From positions 1 through 50,963 of the IMG/VR virus record IMGVR_UViG_3300044825_001111: a stretch of DNA of 50,963 nt, one strand, 5' to 3'. The DNA is from a virus (Duplodnaviria > Caudoviricetes). The position numbers were made by a program, and so were the translations under genes. The notes below the pieces were generated by a model. It was given only the letters and a program-made list of their open reading frames with translations, was not told the origin of the DNA and did no database searches. Shown here piece by piece: positions 37,167 through 45,668 of this stretch; positions within the stretch are counted from its first letter, which is position 1; each line of letters begins with the position of its first letter.

Positions 37167-37586
37167 TTATGCGGCAGTACAGAGAGATGCGCCCACATCC
37201 AAAGTAAATGTCTCGCCGTTGCCGACCGTGAACGTCGAGCCGTAGTCAAACGAACACATCAGAATATCGGTGGTCGCCGTGTCGTCGTGGATCGAGATGT
37301 ACCGAGCCGATGCGGACCAGTCGGCGGCGCTCGCGGTCCACACGCAATCGACGGCAGTCATTGTGACCGTGCCACCGCTGCGGGTGCCGTCGTTCTGAAT
37401 GTCCATGCCACCGGCCGTGTAGCCGGTGCCGGTGATCTGCGTCAGGTCGGCCAGCTCGTCGTCGGTCGCCACAACCGGCGCGTCGGTATGGATCACCGCG
37501 CGGAAGGTGTCGGTGGTGCCGAAGATGTCGACTTCCTCGTTGACCAGCGCCTCGATGAAATGCTCGTACTTGACGAAAGATGCCAT
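37167..37586 (-). CDS. Virion structural protein
   Basis: GTGYTAGG...D..WTA...DYGS.FTV..GETFT. Confidence 0.75.
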   Translation of the reverse strand: MASFVKYEHFIEALVNEEVDIFGTTDTFRAVIHTDAPVVATDDELADLTQITGTGYTAGGMDIQNDGTRSGGTVTMTAVDCVWTASAADWSASARYISIHDDTATTDILMCSFDYGSTFTVGNGETFTLDVGASLCTAA

Positions 37587-37595
37587 TGTCTGCCT

Positions 37596-39266
37596 CTACC
37601 TCTGAGTGAGCGCGGCGGGCGTTGCGTACATGCCCGGCAGCGTCTTGCGATTGGTTTTCATGGCCTCGTCGCGGGCGATGCCGCGCACAATGACGTCGAG
37701 GATCTGCTCTCCGTTTGACCCGCGGCGCTTGCGCTGCTCGACCTGGCCGCCGCCCTGGTTGATGACGTTGACAGTCATGCCGCCGCCTGCGCCCATTGGC
37801 GTGACGCCTGCTGGACCGTGGATGATCTCGGGACCGTTCTCGCCAGCGATACCCCACTTGCCTGCGCCCAGGGTGCCGCCCTCGGCATAGAAGCCGCCGA
37901 AGCCTGCGATGCCTTGCGCGCCGCCTAGTTGGGTGCCGCCGAAGTTCAGAAGGTTCATCAAGCCGGACTGAACCAGTTGCGACAGAATGTCGGAGAGCGA
38001 GGATTTCAGGCTTTCCGCCATGTCCATCCATGCGTCCTTGAAAGACATCGTGCCGCTTGCCAGGCCAACGATTGCGTTGCCGAGATTGTCTGAGATGGAG
38101 GTGACGAGCTGGGTTGCCGCAGCATTGGCATCGTCAAAGCTGGTCGTCAGCTCCTGCACCTCGATGCCATATCCCCGAATGTCGTAGGCAGTGATTGATG
38201 GGACAGACCCGGAAGAGGTTCGCGGCAGCGTTCCCGTGCCCCTGGTGGCATTTGGCAGCGTTGGCGCCGGCTGGGTGCGCTGCGAAGAGGGAAGGTTCGT
38301 CTTGCCGCCTGCGGGTGTCTGCGGCCCGCCTGGACCCCATAGGGCGTCGAAATCAGATTGGAGCTTTGGAATGCTCTTTTCGACCAGCCCAAGATTCTGC
38401 AGGGCGGTGGTTAGAAGTTCGATTTCCTTGCGGGTGCTTTCGATATAGGGCGAGAGTTCTGCAAACCACGATGTGAGCGCCTCGACCCATTCCGTCACCG
38501 GCGGGCCGCTTTTGACCAATTCCACGAAACGGTTTGTGAGATCCACAAGACTCGGCAGCAGGGCTTCCATCACCTGCATGGTCAGGGCCTCGCCCGCCGT
38601 CTGCAGGCGGGTCAAGTTGTCGTTGAAGTTCTCGGCGGCAACCGCGGTCTGCTCGCTGACCACGCCACCGAAGCGTTCCAGTTCGTCGCCTGCTGCCGCA
38701 ATCGCTTCCCGGCCGCCGTTCAGCAGCGGGATCAACTCCGCGCCCGAACGGCCAAACAGCGCCATTGCAATTGCCGTCTTGCCCGCGCCGTCCTGCATGA
38801 CCGCGAACTTTGCGGCGATGTCGGCCATGATGTCGGACGTTGGACGCAGTTTGCCTTGCGCGTCGACGGCGGCGATGTTGAGCGCTTGCAGGGCTTCGGC
38901 AACCGAACCCTTGCCGCTCGACTGCATTTCGGCGAGGCCTTTGGAGAACTTGCCGACGCTGCCCGCAAGCTGATCGAGCGACACATCGGCCAACTTCGCG
39001 GCGTATTCCAGCTTCGACAGTTCGGCCACCGGAATGCCGATCTTCTGGGCCGCCTTGCCCAGATCATCCATGCGATTGGCGGCAGACTTCAGCGCCCCGC
39101 CAATGGTAGACAGCGACAGCGCACCGGCGGCGCCGATGGCAAACGCTTTAAGCCCCTTGCCGAGCGTCCCAAGCTGGCTCTGCACCGTCTTGACGCCCGC
39201 GCTAAACTGCGCGGTATCAATTCCGAGCCGAACCTGCAGGTTGCCAATTTGAGCAGATCCAGCCAC
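37596..39266 (-). CDS. Tape measure protein
   Basis: IGNLQVRLGIDTAQF, Ala-rich helices, GFYAEGG...GENGPE. Confidence 0.9.
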   Translation of the reverse strand: MAGSAQIGNLQVRLGIDTAQFSAGVKTVQSQLGTLGKGLKAFAIGAAGALSLSTIGGALKSAANRMDDLGKAAQKIGIPVAELSKLEYAAKLADVSLDQLAGSVGKFSKGLAEMQSSGKGSVAEALQALNIAAVDAQGKLRPTSDIMADIAAKFAVMQDGAGKTAIAMALFGRSGAELIPLLNGGREAIAAAGDELERFGGVVSEQTAVAAENFNDNLTRLQTAGEALTMQVMEALLPSLVDLTNRFVELVKSGPPVTEWVEALTSWFAELSPYIESTRKEIELLTTALQNLGLVEKSIPKLQSDFDALWGPGGPQTPAGGKTNLPSSQRTQPAPTLPNATRGTGTLPRTSSGSVPSITAYDIRGYGIEVQELTTSFDDANAAATQLVTSISDNLGNAIVGLASGTMSFKDAWMDMAESLKSSLSDILSQLVQSGLMNLLNFGGTQLGGAQGIAGFGGFYAEGGTLGAGKWGIAGENGPEIIHGPAGVTPMGAGGGMTVNVINQGGGQVEQRKRRGSNGEQILDVIVRGIARDEAMKTNRKTLPGMYATPAALTQR

Positions 39267-39595
39267 TACCCTTTGTTCCTTTTTTGCAAGACTGCGTGCC
39301 AGTTGTAGGCGGCCGCGATTTGCTCGGCGCGGCTCTGTCGGTGCTTTTCACCGCGAACCGCCCGCAAAAATTCGGGCAGTTTCGGAAACTTCTTGGCCTC
39401 GACGCGGTTCAGTTGTGCCCCCGTCCATGCGCACCACGCTTGGAACTCGCGGTCACTTCGCATCCGTGCCACCATTGCGCGGGCCTCACGGTCCATCTCG
39501 CCCGGCGTCAGACGCCAGAAACGGTCAGGCTCACCGCCCGCCTCGATCCACTTGCCGTGGATGGCGGCCCAATCCCATCGGGCGAGCGGGTCTAA
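39266..39595 (-). CDS. Tail assembly chaperone T segment (likely via -1 frameshift)
   Basis: Open -1 frame LDPLARWDW...FWRLTPGEMDR directly after the G stop. Confidence 0.65.
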   Translation of the reverse strand, partial: LDPLARWDWAAIHGKWIEAGGEPDRFWRLTPGEMDREARAMVARMRSDREFQAWCAWTGAQLNRVEAKKFPKLPEFLRAVRGEKHRQSRAEQIAAAYNWHAVLQKRNKG

Positions 39596-39915
39596 GGGTG
39601 GGCGCCATCGGCACCTTCAGCCGGGGCGGGAAAGGCCGCGTTGAATGCGTCGGTCAGAACCTCAACCGACCTCTTTGGCCCGAGGGCGTCCATGATCTCG
39701 CCGGCGGATTCGAGGCTGGTGCCCGGCTGCTTTGGCAGGAGCGCAGCCCAGAGCAGAACGCGGCGAACCGAAACCCATTCGATCTCGGCCATGATGGCCA
39801 CAATCGACTTGCGCAGAATGTTCTCGGCCTCACAGATGGCGTTGGTCGAGAACTTGATTGTGTAGGTCTTGCCGCCAGCGTCGAAGCCGACCTCTCCCTT
39901 GATGTCGTTTGCCAT
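39592..39915 (-). CDS. Tail assembly chaperone G
   Basis: GEVGFDAGGKTYTIKFSTNAICEAE...AAFP; between tube and TMP. Confidence 0.8.
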   Translation of the reverse strand: MANDIKGEVGFDAGGKTYTIKFSTNAICEAENILRKSIVAIMAEIEWVSVRRVLLWAALLPKQPGTSLESAGEIMDALGPKRSVEVLTDAFNAAFPAPAEGADGAHP

Positions 39916-40337
39916 TAGGAGATCGTCGTCGCGCCGCTGGTCTTCATCTGCCATGTCGCAGACAGCTTGTCGTCTGGCGCCGCGCTGATGGTGTAGGATT
40001 CGGTCGAAGCCTCAAATGTCCAAACCACGGTCGGACTGCCGGGCCACGTAACCCTGCACATGATGTTGACCGCAGCATCAATGATCTGGCGAATGAGCTG
40101 ATCGGTTGTGCTGCCGGGCACAAAGTTCATCTCCACCGTACAGTTGCCGCCGTCCGTCAGCCCCTGAATGAACTCGCGGCGACGGTTTGGAGACCGCATG
40201 TGCGTCACGTCGATCTGATCGATCGTGTCAGAAGGCGGCTCAAAATTTGTGACCTCGGCCAGCTCGGTCCAGCTCGATCCCGAATTGGTCGAAACCTCGA
40301 CAATCGTTCCCAAGCCAATTCTTGCAGAAGTAGCCAT
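39915..40337 (-). CDS. Major tail tube protein
   Basis: IDVTHMRSP..RREFIQGL.DGG..T.EMNF.PG. Confidence 0.9.
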   Translation of the reverse strand: MATSARIGLGTIVEVSTNSGSSWTELAEVTNFEPPSDTIDQIDVTHMRSPNRRREFIQGLTDGGNCTVEMNFVPGSTTDQLIRQIIDAAVNIMCRVTWPGSPTVVWTFEASTESYTISAAPDDKLSATWQMKTSGATTIS

Positions 40338-40340
40338 GAC

Positions 40341-40751
40341 TTAAACTCCGTTGTGGAAAATGATGAAGTCGAGCGAGGTGCGGAAAAGCTTGTCCGGCGA
40401 GGCCTCCGGCTCGTAGCCATCGCGCTCGGTGTCCAGAAAGCAGCCTTGAAACTCGATGCCGTCAGTCGTGACCTTGAGGCCCGAAAGGCAGGCCTCGATC
40501 GCCCGCGCCAGGCCCTTTGCCGAGGCGAAGGTCAGGCCGTAGCAGTCGATTTGAATGCGCGACTCCTGGAAGCCAGAGGGGCCATCCATCGGCGTGTCGC
40601 GGAGGCCCGTGACCTTGTGCAGCGTGGCGTAGGGCTTCGAGACGCCTTGCGGGGCGAGCGTCCAGTGCAGGCGACCGGGCTGCGATCCCGTTTGGACAAG
40701 CGCCGCCACCCCGCTGTCTGCCAGCAGGTAACCGATCAGGGCTTCTTCCAT
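40341..40751 (-). CDS. Tail terminator (DUF3168-like)
   Basis: MEEALIGYLLAD...PY...RIQIDCYG...RTSLDF. Confidence 0.85.
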   Translation of the reverse strand: MEEALIGYLLADSGVAALVQTGSQPGRLHWTLAPQGVSKPYATLHKVTGLRDTPMDGPSGFQESRIQIDCYGLTFASAKGLARAIEACLSGLKVTTDGIEFQGCFLDTERDGYEPEASPDKLFRTSLDFIIFHNGV

Positions 40752-40753
40752 TG

Positions 40754-41344
40754 TCAGCCGGCCTCGAAAGCCATCAGGGCCGCAAGCGAGGCCCGATACT
40801 TGATGTCGGCGCCGTATCGCTTGCTCCGGCCTATGCGCCGGGCAGCTGCGATGATCTCGTTGCCGAGTTCGCGCCGGATGATCGACAGCGCGTAATCCTT
40901 CTGGCCGTCCCAAGCCGGGCGCATGTATGGGTGCGGCGGATGGTTAACGGTTCCGAATTCTTGCAGGTGGGCGTAGCGGATGACGCCCTTACCCCGCGCG
41001 GGTCCGATATACATTTCAGCGAAAGAACTTGGCCCGGCAGCGCGTCGCGCGTCGCGCAAGGCGGCTCGGGCACCACTGATGTTCAGGCCGCCAGACGCTT
41101 TCATGACGGCTGCGAACTCGGCCATGCCGACCTTGTTCTTGATGCGGGCCGACACAGCGATGCTGTCGCGTAGTTGCCCGCCGTTAACGGCAGCAACCGG
41201 GGCTGCATTCCGTGCCGCGGCTGCGATCGGTTCGCCCGCCTTCTTCAATGTGCGAACAAGCGTGGCCTTTGCAATGCTCTTCGGCAATTCGCCGAGCGCC
41301 CGGTCCAGTTCCTTTAAGCCCGAGATCTGGACAGACACGCTCAC
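40754..41344 (-). CDS. HK97 gp10-like tail component
   Basis: GLKELDRAL...EFGT...PHPYMRPAW. Confidence 0.88.
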   Translation of the reverse strand: MSVSVQISGLKELDRALGELPKSIAKATLVRTLKKAGEPIAAAARNAAPVAAVNGGQLRDSIAVSARIKNKVGMAEFAAVMKASGGLNISGARAALRDARRAAGPSSFAEMYIGPARGKGVIRYAHLQEFGTVNHPPHPYMRPAWDGQKDYALSIIRRELGNEIIAAARRIGRSKRYGADIKYRASLAALMAFEAG

Positions 41345-41673
41345 GGCGTTTCCGCCCTTGCTGTTGCGGTGATTTCCAGCCCTTCCCGACGCCCCACCTC
41401 TTTGACATTTTGCACATCGTATGTGCGGCCGTCGAAGGTCAGGCGATCGCGCGGATCAATGTCCGCGACGTCGGATGAGTAACGGATCGTGAACCGATAG
41501 GACTTGAGCGCCAGCGTCTCGCCCGCTCGGATCTTCTCGCCGTCCATGACGGGCTTTGCCTCGGCCCATACCGTGGCGATGTCCGTCCAGGTCTGGACGA
41601 GTTCGTTGAAGTCGTTCGCCGCCGTGGTTGCGCGCAGGATTGTGATGCGGCGGTCAAGGCGGCCGGCGTGCAT
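41341..41673 (-). CDS. Head-tail adaptor/closure protein
   Basis: AGRLDRRITI...VWA...FTIRY. Confidence 0.88.
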   Translation of the reverse strand: MHAGRLDRRITILRATTAANDFNELVQTWTDIATVWAEAKPVMDGEKIRAGETLALKSYRFTIRYSSDVADIDPRDRLTFDGRTYDVQNVKEVGRREGLEITATARAETP

Positions 41674-42086
41674 TAGATGGCGACTTCCGCAGCTAGGGGG
41701 CCGATCTTGATTGCGGTGGTGCTGACGCCGATGCCGATAATCGTCGGATAGTCACCGGACTCAAGGTCAGCGAACGGACAGATGCCGCCGGCGGTGTCGG
41801 ACAGGTAGTAAGCCACGCCGACCGCCACCGTTGCGCCGATGGCGATGATGCCGCCGGTCTGGACGACGACGGGCTGGCCAGATGCAGCGCCGTTAAGGGC
41901 GATGCCATAGAACACGCGCGCCGCTGCGGTCGCGGAGTCGGCATCCGTCAGCTTCGCCTTGTTGCTGTCGCTGGCGTCCTTGTAAAGAGACTGGCCGGCG
42001 GTGATGGCGGCGCCCGCGATCAGGCTTTCAGTTTTGGCGCCGGTGCCCTTGAGGACGCTGGTTGCAGTGATTGAGAGATCGGCCAT
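41673..42086 (-). CDS. Structural protein (decoration-like)
   Basis: AGAAITAGQ..Y...GIALNGA..GQP...YYLS. Confidence 0.65.
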   Translation of the reverse strand: MADLSITATSVLKGTGAKTESLIAGAAITAGQSLYKDASDSNKAKLTDADSATAAARVFYGIALNGAASGQPVVVQTGGIIAIGATVAVGVAYYLSDTAGGICPFADLESGDYPTIIGIGVSTTAIKIGPLAAEVAI

Positions 42087-42105
42087 GAGGTTTCTCCTAT
42101 GGGTG

Positions 42106-42660
42106 TCAGCAGGTCATGCGGCGCGAGGCGCCCATGAGTGAAAGCGCCGAACGAGCATTCGCATCGTTCTCGGGTGCGTCGTAGAGGTCTTTCAAAACCT
42201 GAATGATCGCCGCTTTGTCGTTTGCCGGAACAGCAGCGGCGGTCGTTCCGTCGCCGGCGACCCAAGTCACGCGCACCGCATCGGCGCGCTCGTAGGTGCT
42301 AGGCCATTCCTGATCGGGCTTGAGGTAGACATACGGCCCGAGTTCATCCTGCGCGTGCGCGTAGACGGTCGACGCAAGCGTCTGCGTTGCATTGTCGGCG
42401 TCGTAGTACGTGATCGAGGTGATCGAAATGACCTTGCCGATCGGCAGGCGCATGACGTCGTCGAACCCGTCGAAATCCTGCCGCCAGGTCTGCGCCAGTA
42501 GCGCGCGCCCCAGCAGCTTCTGGACGTGTTCTGTCGCAGCCGCGACCAGCACGGTGATGCGCTCGTCGTCGTCGCTGTGATCGACGTGAAGCTGCATCTT
42601 CGCTTCGTTGAGCGATACTGCCGCAACCGTCGGCGCCACCGTCCTGACCGGATCAAGCAT
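42106..42660 (-). CDS. Head-tail connector (gp6-like)
   Basis: VSLNEAKMQLHVDHSDDD...GRALLAQTW. Confidence 0.88.
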   Translation of the reverse strand: MLDPVRTVAPTVAAVSLNEAKMQLHVDHSDDDERITVLVAAATEHVQKLLGRALLAQTWRQDFDGFDDVMRLPIGKVISITSITYYDADNATQTLASTVYAHAQDELGPYVYLKPDQEWPSTYERADAVRVTWVAGDGTTAAAVPANDKAAIIQVLKDLYDAPENDANARSALSLMGASRRMTC

Positions 42661-43559
42661 CAGCGCATCATCCTGCTCAGTACGGGATAGAAGTCGCAAG
42701 TCACCGCGGAGCCGTCTCCCATTGTCAGCGTCAGAAGTCCCTGATCGTCGAACGACGCAGACCGAACAGCCAGGCCGGGCGCGCCCTGGGCGCCACGCTC
42801 GCCGCGGTCCCCCTTCTCGCCCTGCTTGCCGCGCTTGCCCTGGGCGGCGATCAGCTGCCAGCCCTCGCCGGGACATGGGCCGGGGTCGTCATAGCGGGCT
42901 GCGAAGGACGCGCCGTTGAAGGCCACGACGTCCAGCGCCTGATAGGATTCCTCGGCAGACCATGTGCCGCGAACCGCGAAGCCGCGGCCATCCTGACCGT
43001 CGACGCCCCGCTCAGCAATGCAGGTCCAGTCCAGGTGCGGCGGCGCCTTGCCGGTGTCGCGCTGCGCCTGGTAGGTCCGGCCGTCGAAGGTGACGACGTC
43101 GCCCTCGTAGTGGACGGCATCGGCCCAGGCGCGGACCAGCGGCAACTTGCCGGGCGGTCCTTCCGGGCCGCGGTCGCCCTTTTCACCGGGCAGGCCGGGT
43201 TCGCCGTCCTTGCCGGCCGGTCCAGGCTCTCCCCGTTCGCCGGGGTCGCCTTTTTCGCCCTGCAGCCCCTGCTCGCCAGGCAGACCATCCTTGCCTGCTG
43301 GTCCGGCCTCACCTTGCGCCCCAGGCTCGCCAGGAGCGCCGTCGGCGCCCTTTTCGCCAGGCAAGCCCTGCGGCCCTTGCAAGCCATCAGCACCGCGCTC
43401 ACCGGCCACGCCCGGCTCGCCACGCTCGCCCTTTTCGGGCTGGCGGGCTTCGAGGGCGGCAAGGCGGGCGATAACCGGGTTCAATAGGCCGTCGACATGG
43501 TCGCGGACAAACTCGGCGACCGCTCGCATCAGCCCGGCCGCCTCAGACCTTTTCAACAT
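42660..43559 (-). CDS. Collagen-like (Gly-X-Y) head-associated protein
   Basis: About 30 consecutive GXY triplets, then two YxxGDVV-type modules. Confidence 0.85.
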   Translation of the reverse strand: MLKRSEAAGLMRAVAEFVRDHVDGLLNPVIARLAALEARQPEKGERGEPGVAGERGADGLQGPQGLPGEKGADGAPGEPGAQGEAGPAGKDGLPGEQGLQGEKGDPGERGEPGPAGKDGEPGLPGEKGDRGPEGPPGKLPLVRAWADAVHYEGDVVTFDGRTYQAQRDTGKAPPHLDWTCIAERGVDGQDGRGFAVRGTWSAEESYQALDVVAFNGASFAARYDDPGPCPGEGWQLIAAQGKRGKQGEKGDRGERGAQGAPGLAVRSASFDDQGLLTLTMGDGSAVTCDFYPVLSRMMR

Positions 43560-44934
43560 AGGCGGCCTCTTTGAGAACTGTTGAGAAAACGCCAAAGGCT
43601 CTTGCCTCTGCCGTTTCTTCGTCTTCGGGTTCTTCTTCGGGCGGCGCAAAAGGGGCCGCCGGCGCCGCATTCGTGTTTGGCGGCTTCATTTCCGAGCCGA
43701 AGGACAGCGGCACAACCTGCTGCTGAACGCGCGGCTCCTTGCCATGACCGCCCGGCACCGCCGGCTTGTCGAATTCGTCGCGGGCTTCATCGGGCGACAG
43801 GATCCCCGAGATCACCGCCCGCGCCATGCCCTCGATCCGGTCCTTGAAAGCAGAACGCAGGAGCGCGCCGGTGTTAAACTCGAGATATTCGTCGGGCAGC
43901 CCCTTGAGGCCGAACAGGTTGCCCATCGCCTCCTCGATGTGATTGAGGCAGAAGCCGAGGCCTGAGGCGATCCATAGCTGCATCAGCTGCTCGGTCGAAC
44001 CCGGCATCGAGGTGCCGATACCCAGAACCTGCAGCGGCATGCGGAAGGCAAGCGCCACGTTCTGGTCGGTCATCTTGAGCAGGTCGGCCAGCTGTGCGTC
44101 GGCAGCCTTGCCCGTCACCGGCTTGGCCTTGAGGCCCCAGGTAAGGATCGGAGTGCCGCCTGCGCCCTCGCCCTGCGTCTGCATGTTCCAGGCTTCGCGG
44201 AGCTGCTTGACCTGCTCGATCGACAGCTGCTGGTCGGTTTCCAGCATGAACGACGGGCGGGCCTCGTTGATATAGTAGGACACCTGCTGATTAAGCGCGG
44301 CGCCGGCCATCGCTCGGTCGAGGACCGTGGAAAGAATCGGGCTTTCGCCCTTGAGCGGGTGCCTGGGCGTGTGAAGTCGCACATGAAGGACGTCGCGCGC
44401 CGGGATCGGATACTCCATCGACAGGCGGCGCTCGATGATGTCGTTGCCTGACAGCTGGTAGAAGATGGAGCCGTCGACGGCGACCATCGGGTAGCCGGTG
44501 CGCATCAGGTGTAGTTCTTCAACCTCGCCGCGGGCATTCCGAACCGCCAGCGCGAAGGCCTCGCCGTTCTCGTAGAGGCGGCGGGTCAGATTCAGCAGCC
44601 AGTCCGAGATCGACTGGTAATCGTTCGGGCGCTTGATGATGCGGGACAGCGCAGATGTCTTGACGCGCTCGCGCCCGCCATTGTCGAGCTTGCGCCAGTG
44701 ATCTCCGGGGCACATGGCAACCGTCTGCGCATAGGCTGAAACGCAGGCCTCGACCATCGCGCTCGACTGGCCGTAGGGCGACAGCGAGTAGCCGGCCTGC
44801 CACCAGTTCATCAGGCGGCCGGCCGCGGCTGAGAGCCAGCCATCCGACAGCGCATAGGGGCCAGGGCGATATTCGCCTTCCGCCGGCGCGCGCTTCACAA
44901 GTGAAGACGTCACGCGGGCGAGCCAGTTCGCCAC
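43543..44934 (-). CDS. Portal protein, HK97 family
   Basis: VEACV...PNDYQS...GEAF...DVLHVR...G.SP...A.AFRMP. Confidence 0.92.
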   Translation of the reverse strand: MANWLARVTSSLVKRAPAEGEYRPGPYALSDGWLSAAAGRLMNWWQAGYSLSPYGQSSAMVEACVSAYAQTVAMCPGDHWRKLDNGGRERVKTSALSRIIKRPNDYQSISDWLLNLTRRLYENGEAFALAVRNARGEVEELHLMRTGYPMVAVDGSIFYQLSGNDIIERRLSMEYPIPARDVLHVRLHTPRHPLKGESPILSTVLDRAMAGAALNQQVSYYINEARPSFMLETDQQLSIEQVKQLREAWNMQTQGEGAGGTPILTWGLKAKPVTGKAADAQLADLLKMTDQNVALAFRMPLQVLGIGTSMPGSTEQLMQLWIASGLGFCLNHIEEAMGNLFGLKGLPDEYLEFNTGALLRSAFKDRIEGMARAVISGILSPDEARDEFDKPAVPGGHGKEPRVQQQVVPLSFGSEMKPPNTNAAPAAPFAPPEEEPEDEETAEARAFGVFSTVLKEAAYVEKV

Positions 44935-44936
44935 GC

Positions 44937-45158
44937 TCAGTCCTTGGCCTTCGCCTGACGAGTCTTGTAGCCGGCTTTCGGCGCTTCGGGTTCGGTCTGG
45001 CGCTCGCTCAAATCGACGCCGCGGCTGCTGTAGGCATCAGGTGCCCGCTTTGCGACGGCGACGCCGCCCTTGTGGCGTAGAACGCCCTTATCGTCGAAGT
45101 CACATTCGACCGGGTCAACCACCGAGCCGTCCTCGAGAACGTACCATGTCGCGCGCAT
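44937..45158 (-). CDS. Small head-region protein
   Basis: AGGAG RBS; YKTRQAKA end. Confidence 0.7.
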   Translation of the reverse strand: MRATWYVLEDGSVVDPVECDFDDKGVLRHKGGVAVAKRAPDAYSSRGVDLSERQTEPEAPKAGYKTRQAKAKD

Positions 45159-45176
45159 CGGTTTCTCCTGAATTAA

Positions 45177-45206
45177 CGAAAAGCGGAGCGGCCGAAGCCG
45201 CCCCGC
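45177..45206 (-). terminator. Intrinsic terminator
   Basis: GCGGGGCGGC-TTCG-GCCGCTCCGC then T-run. Confidence 0.7.
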
Positions 45207-45218
45207 CTAGAGTTTGCG

Positions 45219-45590
45219 TCAGTCTTCGACGACGATGTGGAACGCGCCGGTCGTGGCGTTACCGCCCGAGGCCAGCACGATCTTCACGCGATCGCGTCCG
45301 AGCGCATAGGTGTCATTGACGGCGGTGCCGCCAGACGCATAGAGCGCAGCGACGCCAGCATTTGAATGCGTGGCGATGCGCGGCGCACAGACCTTGGCGG
45401 CATTGACGTTTGCTTCGGTCCAGAGCGTTGCCCCGGTTGCCTCGGCGGTGATGGTGAAATCAACACCGTCCGTGAAGTTGTTCTTGACATATTCGATCTG
45501 GAGCAACTTTCCAGACAGATACGGAGAATAGCCCGTATAGCTTCCATCGGAAGCGGTGGTGACGTTGACGACGAACCTGCGAACAGCCAT
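45219..45590 (-). CDS. Putative head decoration protein
   Basis: 123 aa beta-rich ORF after capsid, AGGAG RBS. Confidence 0.65.
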   Translation of the reverse strand: MAVRRFVVNVTTASDGSYTGYSPYLSGKLLQIEYVKNNFTDGVDFTITAEATGATLWTEANVNAAKVCAPRIATHSNAGVAALYASGGTAVNDTYALGRDRVKIVLASGGNATTGAFHIVVED

Positions 45591-45616
45591 TGGGCACTCC
45601 TATAATTGCAGGGTTC

Positions 45617-45650
45617 AAACGAAAACGGCGGGCCGTCATTGGCCCGCCGC
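45617..45650 (-). terminator. Intrinsic terminator after capsid gene
   Basis: GCGGCGGGCC-AATGAC-GGCCCGCCGT then TTTCGTTT. Confidence 0.75.
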
Positions 45651-45668
45651 GCTATTGTTCGATCGGCG

